This document shows, in pieces, positions 8,856 to 17,562 of a DNA stretch of 64,000 nt. The DNA comes from Macrostomum lignano (lineage: Eukaryota): NCBI GenBank assembly GCA_002269645.1, contig NIVC01001867.1, forward strand, positions 163,805 through 227,804. The letters run 5' to 3'. How positions within the stretch are numbered: the stretch's first letter is position 1; every line of letters begins with the position of its first letter. Below the pieces are notes generated by a model. That model was given only the letters and a program-made list of their open reading frames with translations, was not told the origin of the DNA and searched no databases. The translations under genes and the position numbers were made by a program.

Positions 8856-10787
8856 TTAAGGTATTTCGGTTTGTGGCCGTTCCAAATATGCGGTCGCAGC
8901 AAAATCATATCCTGCTGATGTGCTACCACAAACGGCTGCACCACGAATAAAATGTGCAGCATCCGATCCTCCGGTTCGAGCACCAAAACCCATAAGTGTT
9001 CCCGTTTTATCTAAATCTCCCCAAGTTCCGCTATCATATGTAAAAAAGTTTTGCCCAATTAGCGTATATGTATTAGCTGATACATTGTATGTGCTTATTT
9101 GATACCAAACTCTTTGATTTAAAATATTAATTTCAAAAAGATGCCAATCGCCGTTATCAATATTAGCATAGGTTATAGTTTGATCTGCGTCATTAAGAAC
9201 ATCATTACGAACTGTTGCTCCGTCTGATTTTATATTGCTCCAAACAACCCCAACTCTATCATGCCATTCACTCGCAAACACAATCAAGCCGGCGCGGGTT
9301 GTTAACCCGGATCCAAATTCACTTGTTGGACGTTCGTGACAATATGCATAAAACCAAACCGCATCAGCACCACTTCCTGTAGCATTAGCAACTCGGAAAT
9401 AGAAGGAGGCGGAGATATTACGAAAATGGGTGAAATTAAATTGCAACGCTCCAGACTGACCACTTGCTTCATCAGTAATTCTAGCACCATTTTGATAATC
9501 AATATAAGTAGCGTTACCAACAAAACTTCCTGTTGGAAAAATATCGCCGGCGGTGGTTGGGTTTTGATATCCAGTCCAATTGCAAATTACAGGCTCGTAC
9601 AAAGCGGCATCGATTGCAGGTATTCCATCCAATTTTATTTTATCGTTAAAAGACATTCGGCCATCCGCCGTTTGTGTTACTCGCGTATCAACATAACCTT
9701 TAGTAACAACAGAACTGTTATTGTTTATAGTAGAGATATTAGTAATTGTATTACCTCCCATATCAATTGATTGATTAACCACTCCCAAATTTAAATCAAG
9801 AATTGTAAACGTCTGTCTATAAATCTGGAAGGTTGACAGACCCGGGTTGGTTGAACCCGAGGTTGATGTAAGACAGAACAATCTGAAATATGAATATGTT
9901 TTATCAAAATTTTGTGTGACATTAATTGTTTGAGTTGAGTTATTTATTGCTACAGAACTATCCGCAGGTATTAATACGTCCCAACTTGTATTGTCATTAC
10001 TTCCCTCAAATCGCCATGATGCTGGGTGCTCGGTTGAAGGTGATGGCCTACCACGTAAATCAATTTTATAACACATTATTGCGGAAGGGCATTGGACTTG
10101 AATCCAATAATCGGTTTGAGTATTATTTGTTGCCCAATCTGTTGAATCATTTCCATCAAACGCTTTCCAACTTGCAAAATCAGTTGTATTAAATGCAGTG
10201 CTTGCGGTTATTGCAAAACCATTTCCACTCCAATCTGCCATGGTAGGTACGTGTCCGGTTTCAACCGTTTGGAATCGATCCTGCTTTAAGGCTCCACCTC
10301 CAACTAAATTATCAACTTCGGTTTTGGTATAGGAATCAGTTATATCTCTTTTTAAATTTAGGGAATTATCAACTTCAGTTTTGGTATAGGAATCAGCAAC
10401 ATTCCGTTTTAAATTTAGGGAATTATCAACTTCGGTTTTGGTATAAGAATCGGCCGTATTGCGTTTTAAATTTAATGAATCATCTATTTGAGTTCGAGAA
10501 TAAGAATCAGTTATATCTCTTTTTAAATTTAACCCATTGTCAACCTCTGTTTTTGTATATGAATCGGCTACGTTCCGTTTTAAATTTAGGGAATTATCTA
10601 TTTGAGTTTTGGTATAGGAATCTGCAACATTTCTTTTTAAATTTAGTTTAGTATCAACTTCACTTTTTTTATAACCTTCATCTTCATTAATATATCGGTT
10701 ATCTCCGAATGTAACACTTATTCCACCAGAAGTACCACCACCAGTACTTGATGTTCCGTTCCATGAGGGTGTTCCAGAAAATAACAT
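8856..10787 (-). CDS. Fibre/receptor-binding-like protein: six 19-aa tail repeats, discoidin (F5/8C)-like domain, fibre-type linkers, C-terminal L-lectin/ConA-like domain
   Basis: LNLKRNVADSYTKTEVDNS x6; WKAFDGNDSTDW...WRFEGSND...YSYFRL; DMGGNTITNI...VTKGYVD; ADGRMSFNDKIKLDGI; GARITDEASGQSGAL...GSGADAVWF. Confidence 0.7.
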   Translation of the reverse strand: MLFSGTPSWNGTSSTGGGTSGGISVTFGDNRYINEDEGYKKSEVDTKLNLKRNVADSYTKTQIDNSLNLKRNVADSYTKTEVDNGLNLKRDITDSYSRTQIDDSLNLKRNTADSYTKTEVDNSLNLKRNVADSYTKTEVDNSLNLKRDITDSYTKTEVDNLVGGGALKQDRFQTVETGHVPTMADWSGNGFAITASTAFNTTDFASWKAFDGNDSTDWATNNTQTDYWIQVQCPSAIMCYKIDLRGRPSPSTEHPASWRFEGSNDNTSWDVLIPADSSVAINNSTQTINVTQNFDKTYSYFRLFCLTSTSGSTNPGLSTFQIYRQTFTILDLNLGVVNQSIDMGGNTITNISTINNNSSVVTKGYVDTRVTQTADGRMSFNDKIKLDGIPAIDAALYEPVICNWTGYQNPTTAGDIFPTGSFVGNATYIDYQNGARITDEASGQSGALQFNFTHFRNISASFYFRVANATGSGADAVWFYAYCHERPTSEFGSGLTTRAGLIVFASEWHDRVGVVWSNIKSDGATVRNDVLNDADQTITYANIDNGDWHLFEINILNQRVWYQISTYNVSANTYTLIGQNFFTYDSGTWGDLDKTGTLMGFGARTGGSDAAHFIRGAAVCGSTSAGYDFAATAYLERPQTEIP

Positions 10788-10854
10788 TTTTTACTGTCTA
10801 TTTTATAGAGTCTAAAATCGCCCCGTAGGGTCGCGGACTCCGTCCGATCGAACC

Positions 10855-11295
10855 TTAGGTTCGCATGCTTTGCATGATCATCTTAAATACTTCGGGGGTT
10901 TCCTTCGAGTTATTAATTTTATATAAAAAATACAACGCAGCCTGTCCGCAATAACTTTTATCAAAGGTTTGAAACTGTTCGTGATAATCTCCACATAAAC
11001 GATTTTTAGTATGATTAAATTTGTCTTTTATTTCCTGTAACGGAGGAAGCGCGTATGAATCAAAAAAATAAACAAGTTTTGGTTTTGAATAAACTGCTGA
11101 CCAATGAACACCATTTTCTTTTGTTGTTTCAATATTAACAATGAAAGATCCATATCTTGGTAAGTCTTTTATCTCATCCCGCATAACACATCTGAATGGT
11201 TTTAATTTTAACTGCCTCGCCCAATTTGTTAATTCGATATTGCTTGTTGTGTCTGTTCCATATCTTTGTTTGAACAACTGCCAATTCATGGTCAT
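10855..11295 (-). CDS. Adenain-like (C5/Ulp1-fold) cysteine maturation protease
   Basis: IVNIE...GVHW...YFFDSY...QFQ...SYCG gives the His-Asp-(Gln)-Cys catalytic set typical of Polinton PRO. Confidence 0.92.
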   Translation of the reverse strand: MTMNWQLFKQRYGTDTTSNIELTNWARQLKLKPFRCVMRDEIKDLPRYGSFIVNIETTKENGVHWSAVYSKPKLVYFFDSYALPPLQEIKDKFNHTKNRLCGDYHEQFQTFDKSYCGQAALYFLYKINNSKETPEVFKMIMQSMRT

Positions 11296-11296
11296 T

Positions 11297-11470
11297 TTAT
11301 GTTCCTGAAAAACTCTTGGTTTTAGTTAGTTTCGTAGGTGTGGGTTTTAATAGTTCCTTTCGGATTTTTTCTGCTTGTAATTGTTTCAATTTTGTTAGTT
11401 CGATTTCATAATTATCCTTTGCGTTTTGAACTTTTTCCGTTTGTTTTTTTAAAGCATTGTTGTTACCCAT
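11297..11470 (-). CDS. Small ORF absent from the track (57 aa, MGNNNALKKQ...), coiled-coil-like
   Basis: Fills the gap between the minor capsid and protease genes exactly. TAAAAATG start context like its neighbours; TAA at 11297-11299. Confidence 0.5.
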   Translation of the reverse strand: MGNNNALKKQTEKVQNAKDNYEIELTKLKQLQAEKIRKELLKPTPTKLTKTKSFSGT

Positions 11471-11480
11471 TTTTACAGTA

Positions 11481-12266
11481 CTAAACCTGTTTTATACGTA
11501 AAATTATTGTTATTGACTGCCCACCAAAACTTATTAATCTATCGCTTTCATCTACGATCCTAATATAAATTGATTGAACGCTATATTGATTTAAAGGATA
11601 ATATATTGGGGTTTGGGGTGCAACAATCATTTTCTCTCCAATTGGAACAGCAAGAAACGGGATTGAATAAATAATTCCACGTTGAACCAAAACTCCGTTA
11701 TCGTCTGTTATATAACCACCGTTTGAAATGTCGGTTGTTATATTAATTGTATTTACTCCACCCTCTATATTTCCAACTGTATCACCGGTGCTTGATGTGG
11801 TAACTATTCGGGAATTAAATCCAAGTATGGTTCTGAGTGAATTTGCAATTGTGAAATCAACCTGATATCCGGATTCGAGTGATAGTGTGAATCTTCCAGA
11901 CGGTAAATCAACACCTATAACAATTGCTCCTGCTACCCAATCTCCATTAGCTGTTAATTCTCCTTCTATATAAGCATTCAAATCAGTATAGCTATACGCA
12001 CCCGGGCTAACACTAAATGTTGTCCAATTGGCTCCGGAATCTTTAGAATATCTAAATTGATTATTTGTTGCATTAATTAATTGAGGCATGTTAAAAACCG
12101 AAAATAATATCAAACCAATTTGATAACTTAGGCTTTGATCAAGTTGTAATGGATCGCGCAATTGAATCCGTTGCTCGCTGGTTGTCATTATAAACTGTAA
12201 TGTTGTACTAAATTTTGAATTAGTTCGATCTACCAATTGTTTTATAGTATTTAAATTTGTAGTCAT
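11481..12266 (-). CDS. Minor capsid protein (penton-like, single jelly roll), probable start MTTNL at 12266
   Basis: Located between ATPase and protease. Motifs LRTILGF, VNTINITTDI, IYSIP...P..PIYYPL..YSVQSIYIRIVDESDRLISFGG..ITIILRIK are typical of Polinton minor capsid proteins. Confidence 0.85.
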   Translation of the reverse strand: MTTNLNTIKQLVDRTNSKFSTTLQFIMTTSEQRIQLRDPLQLDQSLSYQIGLILFSVFNMPQLINATNNQFRYSKDSGANWTTFSVSPGAYSYTDLNAYIEGELTANGDWVAGAIVIGVDLPSGRFTLSLESGYQVDFTIANSLRTILGFNSRIVTTSSTGDTVGNIEGGVNTINITTDISNGGYITDDNGVLVQRGIIYSIPFLAVPIGEKMIVAPQTPIYYPLNQYSVQSIYIRIVDESDRLISFGGQSITIILRIKQV

Positions 12267-12300
12267 TTTTATAGTGGGGAAATCGTGCCATAGGCACGAA

Positions 12301-13092
12301 CTAAGTCTCTTCTTCCTCATTATCTTCTTTTATCAGATCTCTTAAGATTCGATTTTTCCTTTCTAACCTAGGGTTGATATATATATGTTTGTATTGGCTA
12401 TCTTCCCAAATTTTTTTACACAAGCTTTTAAATGGTTTTGTATCCAATCCAGGATTAAATCTAGCGTGTATATTTTGTAAATCATAATTATCTAAATCAA
12501 ACATTACACAACAACTTGCATTCTTTTTTATAATCGATTCTAATTCTCTAAAGGACTGTGTTAGATAAAAAGCTCCGATTCCATCTCCTCTACCACTAAC
12601 AAAAATTTCCTTTTGCAATTCTTGATCACCGTCATTAATACAATCATCAAAAATAATTAGTGTTTTATCATTTTTTGGAATTTGATCATAGCCTAATCGG
12701 GTTGATACTCTAACAGTTGGGGCTCGTTCGGTGATGTTTTCTGGTTCGAACCTTTGTTCGCGGACTCGTCCGACCTTCTGCCATTTTTTACATAAATCCT
12801 CAATGTCATCGAGTGTAAATCGCGGTTCGTCATCATCCTCATATTGCTCATATGCTCTTAACATTCTAAACAAGACATCTTTTTTTAATTTGTTTTTTAA
12901 TCCATGTTTAAGAAATTCATAATATTTTATTCTAGGTTTATTAGTATAAATTATTAAATTATTATAGTCTAGCATTCCATCGGTTGTTAACAGGTCATAA
13001 ACAAAGTGTGTTTTTCCTTTACCCGACCCACCAATTACTAAACAAAGAAAAGGATCATTTGGAAATATTTTATTGTGTTTTGCTTTTACCAT
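12301..13092 (-). CDS. Genome-packaging ATPase (A32/FtsK-HerA family)
   Basis: Walker A GGSGKGKT, Walker B LIIFDD, and GRGDGIGAFYLTQS...IKKNAS. Confidence 0.93.
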   Translation of the reverse strand: MVKAKHNKIFPNDPFLCLVIGGSGKGKTHFVYDLLTTDGMLDYNNLIIYTNKPRIKYYEFLKHGLKNKLKKDVLFRMLRAYEQYEDDDEPRFTLDDIEDLCKKWQKVGRVREQRFEPENITERAPTVRVSTRLGYDQIPKNDKTLIIFDDCINDGDQELQKEIFVSGRGDGIGAFYLTQSFRELESIIKKNASCCVMFDLDNYDLQNIHARFNPGLDTKPFKSLCKKIWEDSQYKHIYINPRLERKNRILRDLIKEDNEEEET

Positions 13093-13203
13093 TTTTTAAG
13101 TAAATAATTTAAAGTGGGGCGACGGTCGGAGACCTGCACTCATTTTACAATGGTGCGTCTCGAACAACCGTGCCATCAGCTTTAGCAATTGACAAATATT
13201 CCT

Positions 13204-14616
13204 CTAGAAACAATACGTGGGCGTCGATTGCTGATTACCGGTTTTATTAATCTCTAACATATAATTAAGTCCAATATTGGCTATGTTTTCTTTCTGTGCC
13301 GTTAGATCATAAACAACCACTGGATGGATGTTTAGAAACTCTGTGGGTGTATACTGAGGGACGGCATATGCTTCATTTTTGGCATAATCGTGATAATATT
13401 TTATAAAATCATTAACATCATTATTTGCAATATTTAGATTAAGAGGATCTTTAACCGGATAATATTGATCATCAACCTGCAGGCGGATATTCTGAACATT
13501 AAACTCGTTAATTGCAGCAACTGCGTTGTCTGTTGCGGTAGCTGCTTGTGCTGCTATGTCACCCGATTGAAGCCAATATAAATCCCCATTTGCTCTTTTA
13601 CTCCTTCTGTTTGTTATCTTAAACCAAACAAAAATATATCTCACCCGACGTTTTGATGTCAATATTTGCCACTGGAATGAATCCTGATTGTTATTAATGG
13701 TTCGCATAAAGTGTCTACGATTCAAATAAAATATTTCCTGATCATGCGTTAACTGATTATCGATGTGTTTTAAAAGTGGGGCTGTTACCTCAATAGTTGG
13801 TACGACTAATTGAATTGAATCTATACGAACTGCTATATCGGTTGAAATTGAGGTTCCATAAAGTATCCTAGGCTGATATCCACCAGATATTTGCAACTGT
13901 ATCCCAAATTTTAATCCTTTCCATACCCGATTTGGTGAGAAAAACCCAAATAGTGGAAAGATTGAAAAGTCCTGCTCATATGCTGTTGCTGTGGTTAAAA
14001 CCGCGACTGGGAATTTATTCTGACGATCTATAAAACCAGTATTAATATCTTTTGTATTAGTCATAGTGGTTACAACTGGAACTATGTTTGTATTAAGGTA
14101 AACAATTAGCGCTGCAGTATCTGCACCGGCTGCGTTTTGTACATTAGGGAAAACTACTGCTTGACCGTTACCTTTATCCGGCATCCACCCAACATTATCA
14201 CCAACTTGTTTTGATAAATAAGTATAATTTAAATGTTTCAAAACTCCATTAATCTCTGCGGGGTTTGATGATGTCTCAACCTCAGCACCATTAACAGTTA
14301 GTTGAGCTTGGGAAAAGCATTTATAAAACCAATCATTTTCAATTATTATTCCGGATCGATCTGCGATATCTCCGGCTGCAAGAGCAGTTCCATCATTTCT
14401 AGTATACAACCATCTAACGCGGAAAAACGCATTTTTCATATCCAATATAGTGTTGGTTGCGCCGATGTCAAAAGTTACCGTTCCAGTAGTAAAGTTATTT
14501 GAATTATCACTTGTTGGTAGGGTATAATTTAAATCTCTTGCTCTGACCTCATTAATATACTGTCGGTGCTTTTTGAAATGAAATTTATCACTCCACATAG
14601 TTTTTGTTTCAGCCAT
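13204..14616 (-). CDS. Major capsid protein (double jelly roll, hexon-like); true C-terminus probably extends to 13145 via a frameshift near 13228
   Basis: 470 aa next to the ATPase. Motifs FRVRW...ENDWFYKCFSQAQLTVNGAEVE, RYIFVWF and VVYDLTAQKE fit a Polinton MCP. Confidence 0.85.
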   Translation of the reverse strand: MAETKTMWSDKFHFKKHRQYINEVRARDLNYTLPTSDNSNNFTTGTVTFDIGATNTILDMKNAFFRVRWLYTRNDGTALAAGDIADRSGIIIENDWFYKCFSQAQLTVNGAEVETSSNPAEINGVLKHLNYTYLSKQVGDNVGWMPDKGNGQAVVFPNVQNAAGADTAALIVYLNTNIVPVVTTMTNTKDINTGFIDRQNKFPVAVLTTATAYEQDFSIFPLFGFFSPNRVWKGLKFGIQLQISGGYQPRILYGTSISTDIAVRIDSIQLVVPTIEVTAPLLKHIDNQLTHDQEIFYLNRRHFMRTINNNQDSFQWQILTSKRRVRYIFVWFKITNRRSKRANGDLYWLQSGDIAAQAATATDNAVAAINEFNVQNIRLQVDDQYYPVKDPLNLNIANNDVNDFIKYYHDYAKNEAYAVPQYTPTEFLNIHPVVVYDLTAQKENIANIGLNYMLEINKTGNQQSTPTYCF

Positions 14617-14650
14617 TTTTTTAAGTTAAAAAAGTTTTTTATGTTAAAAA

Positions 14651-15337
14651 ATGAGTCAATTTATGGACGTTGATGGAGAGTTAGCGATTTATAAAGAGAA
14701 GCAAAGATATTCTGATTTTGTTAGAAATTTACAAAAAAGAAAGTTAGGAATACAATTAGCGGGTGAAAGATTTGCTGCTCCTTTTGTTAATCCTATTACT
14801 GGGAAAATTAGTGAACTAGAAAAAACAGATAAAGATCTTCTGGAAAAAATTGCTAAAAATACTGAGCCAAAAGAGGATGAACTTTTAGATGAGCCGCCTG
14901 CTTATGATGTTGATCTAGCACAATTGAGAATTGCAGAGATTAGACGTGCAGAGATTAGGGCTGCAGAAAGGGGTGAAGAAGTTAAACAATTTCCAAGAGA
15001 TGCGCCACGTAGTATTGCTGCGACAGATTTAGGTAATAATTATCGAATTGGTAACGTTGATAAAGATCGAAATGAACTATATAGAGAATTGGGCGGAGCA
15101 TATAGAATTATTACTAACCCTAGGGTTAAGTTTAACCCTGATTTTTATACTAGGGATGAATTAGTAAGTGCTAAAATTTTTTATGATGATTTAGGAGTAG
15201 GAGCTGTTAAAAATACCAACTTGTATAAAAGGATTGTTGATTCTATAAATAACAAGCCGGCTGTTGGTGAAGGATTTAAAACTCCGCGAAAACTTGTTTT
15301 AGCTGCCGCGAAAGCTGCTGGACATACTGGTGTTTAA
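14651..15337 (+). CDS. Polinton hypothetical protein, 228 aa
   Basis: TTAAAAAATG start, divergent from MCP. C-terminal VGEGFK motif resembles the other putative protease sites. Confidence 0.7.
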   Translation: MSQFMDVDGELAIYKEKQRYSDFVRNLQKRKLGIQLAGERFAAPFVNPITGKISELEKTDKDLLEKIAKNTEPKEDELLDEPPAYDVDLAQLRIAEIRRAEIRAAERGEEVKQFPRDAPRSIAATDLGNNYRIGNVDKDRNELYRELGGAYRIITNPRVKFNPDFYTRDELVSAKIFYDDLGVGAVKNTNLYKRIVDSINNKPAVGEGFKTPRKLVLAAAKAAGHTGV

Positions 15338-15364
15338 TTAATTGTTAAATTTATTTTTTATAAA

Positions 15365-15964
15365 ATGGAAACTAAAAAGATTTGTAGTCGATGTAAAGAA
15401 GAGAAACCAATGACTAAAGATTTTTTTAGATGGAGAAATGATTCAAAAAAATTTAGAAATGATTGTCGATCTTGTGAGAAAGTTATATCAAAACTGTGGA
15501 ATAAAAACAATAAAGAATATATAAAAAATAAATATCACACTGATGAAAATTACAAACTTATTATCACCTCACGAAATAGAATAAATCAACTATTAAAATC
15601 AAATAATGCTCGAAAAAATAATCATACTATTGATTACCTTGGTTGCTCAATTGAATTCTTTATTGATTGGTTAAATTTCACAAAACATTATTATGTTCCA
15701 AAAGACTATGGTGGTGCTTTACATATTGATCATTTTATTCCTGCTTCTTCATTTAATTACAAAGACGAAGATCATATGAAAAAGTCTGAACATTGGACAA
15801 ATAAAAGATACTTAGCTGCTATTGATAATAAAACTAAATTTGTTAAACAACCAACAATTGAAGAATTTGCAAAACAATTGGTGCTATCATGTATTTTTAA
15901 GGCTATAAAAAATGAGCAATCATGCGACGCATGCGAACCGAAGGTTCGACCAATTAGTATTTGA
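15365..15964 (+). CDS. Free-standing HNH (beta-beta-alpha-Me) endonuclease with N-terminal C4 zinc finger; putative homing endonuclease
   Basis: CSRC...CRSC, then YLGCSIEFF...LHIDHFIP...HWTN...IDNKTK. This is the HIDH/N/N pattern of HNH endonucleases common in large DNA viruses. Confidence 0.85.
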   Translation: METKKICSRCKEEKPMTKDFFRWRNDSKKFRNDCRSCEKVISKLWNKNNKEYIKNKYHTDENYKLIITSRNRINQLLKSNNARKNNHTIDYLGCSIEFFIDWLNFTKHYYVPKDYGGALHIDHFIPASSFNYKDEDHMKKSEHWTNKRYLAAIDNKTKFVKQPTIEEFAKQLVLSCIFKAIKNEQSCDACEPKVRPISI

Positions 15965-17552
15965 AGGAGGATTGTTAGATGTTCAAAAAGGATTAACAAG
16001 CTTACCGAGCGTTTTTACTACTGGGAGGTATACAAATGAATTACACATCCCGTCTTACAACTTCGCAGGTTAACCAGTGGCCTGAGTGAGGAAGGCAATG
16101 TCCTTGCTAGTCACTATTTGTGGCGACATCTTCAAATTGCGTGAAACCCGTCATACAGCTTCAAGTACCACTTCAATTGAGAAATCTTTTGAAGGAACAG
16201 AGGTAACTCCTCTTCCCAACGGTAACAAGCTTGAAGACACGGTGGCAATGCGCAGCCAAGCTCCTAAGTATTTTAAATATAAGGAGAAGGTTCAGAGAGC
16301 AGACGGAGATGGGCGGTAATCATCGCCGCTTAAGGTGTGCTCCAGCCTCATTCGAAAGATTGAGGGTAAACTGCCGGGGACTCGCTTAGATTTGAGATTA
16401 AATCCTGACAATACTCCAAAATCTGATTCAATTCCAATAAATGGTATTGACTGGTTAGCATATTACCATGACTTAGCATACAGAGATGCTGACAAGAACC
16501 CGCCCGAGGAAGCATTAAGATTAAAACATGATGCCGATCAAAAAATGATTCAAGGATTAGATAACTTGCAGGGATTATCGGTAGGGCAAAGATTAACTAG
16601 GTGGATGGTTAAAAAGATCTTGCAGTCTAAAGTTAAATTTGGTTTGGGAATTAATTACAACCAACATGGAAATAATTGTGTCGAGTGTTTATTATTAAGT
16701 GGTGGTGGGTTAAGTTCTGATGAGGCAAAGATTCTTCATAAAGAATATCGAAAACCGAAATTTTATAGAAAAATCATGAACTTCAAAAAGAATGAAATTT
16801 GGTATGCTGATTTAATGTCGATGCCAAATGATAATGGATATAAATATATCTTAACAATATTAGATGGTTTTACTCGCTACGCGTGGGCTGTTCCTTTAAA
16901 ATCCAAAAAGGGAGAGGAGGTTGCTGCTGCTTTTAGAAGTCTTGGAGAAAAAAGTGACCGGTTGTGTGTTGATGAGGGAAAAGAATTTTACAATCCTCAT
17001 ATGTATAAATTATATCATTTTGAAAAAGGACAAGAAAGGAAAAAAGACGCGAATGGGGAGTATATTAATAAAATTTATTCTATTTATGGAGAAAGTAAAA
17101 ACGCATTAATAGAAAGATTTAATCGAACTTTAGGTAAGAAATTGTGGTTTCAGTTTAGTCTTAATGGTAACCAAAAGTGGGTAAAAATATTACCAGACGT
17201 TGTGAAAGATTATAATAACTCATATCATTCAGCTATCGTTCCTTCGGAACGCGGACTTCGTACGATAAAGATGACTCCTCAACAAGCTTATAACAATCCT
17301 GAAAACGTTAAAGTTACTTTTGGAAAATTTGAAAAAAATAAAAAGAAATCTTTTAAGGTTGGTGATTCTGTTTATATCTATAAATGGAAAGATAAGTTTG
17401 AAAAAGGAAGAAAAGGATATTGGAAGATAAGTGAGAAATTTACTATCAGTAAAGTTTTAAATACCAATCCTACAACCTATATAATTGCTGATAAGGACGG
17501 TGAAGAAATATTGGGTTCTTTTTATGAGAACCAGATAATGTCTGCGAACTAA
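15912..17552 (+). CDS. int: Parvovirus-type PLA2 fused to retroviral-like integrase; two exons (15912-16070, 16374-17552) separated by a group I intron; 445 aa
   Basis: CTATAAAAAATG at 15912. Splicing restores ELHIPSYNFAG|PGTRLD...PINGIDWLAYYHDLAY (PLA2 Ca-loop and HD dyad). The integrase core follows: WYAD, VDEGKEF, IERFNRTL (DDE), with C-terminal FKVGDSV...GSFY. Confidence 0.9.
16071..16373 (+). ncRNA. Group I self-splicing intron, subgroup IC1-like, 303 nt, no internal endonuclease
   Basis: 5' exon ends in U16070, paired with G16080 in P1 (CAGGU/GCCUG). P3 CAUCUUC/GGAGAUG. P4 UGCGUG/UGCGCA. P5abc with GGUAACAAG A-rich bulge and GAAA loop. P6 with CCUAAG/UAAGG receptor. P7 G(A)GAGCA/UGCUCC. 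P9.0 AG/CU. P9 GAAA hairpin. Terminal omega-G16373. Confidence 0.92.
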
Positions 17553-17562
17553 GTTCAAACAG

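Noticed and set aside
15338-15964. Possibility that the HNH ORF lies within a second intron
   Set aside because: Only 27 bp separate it from the upstream stop, and no P3/P4/P7 elements flank it, so it is free-standing.
16086-16319. 77-aa ORF inside the group I intron
   Set aside because: GTG start, no endonuclease motif, and it overlies the conserved ribozyme core, so it is incidental.
16335-16373. GTG start given by the ORF track for the integrase
   Set aside because: These codons are intron P7/P9 sequence. The real frame begins at ATG 15912 and resumes at 16374.
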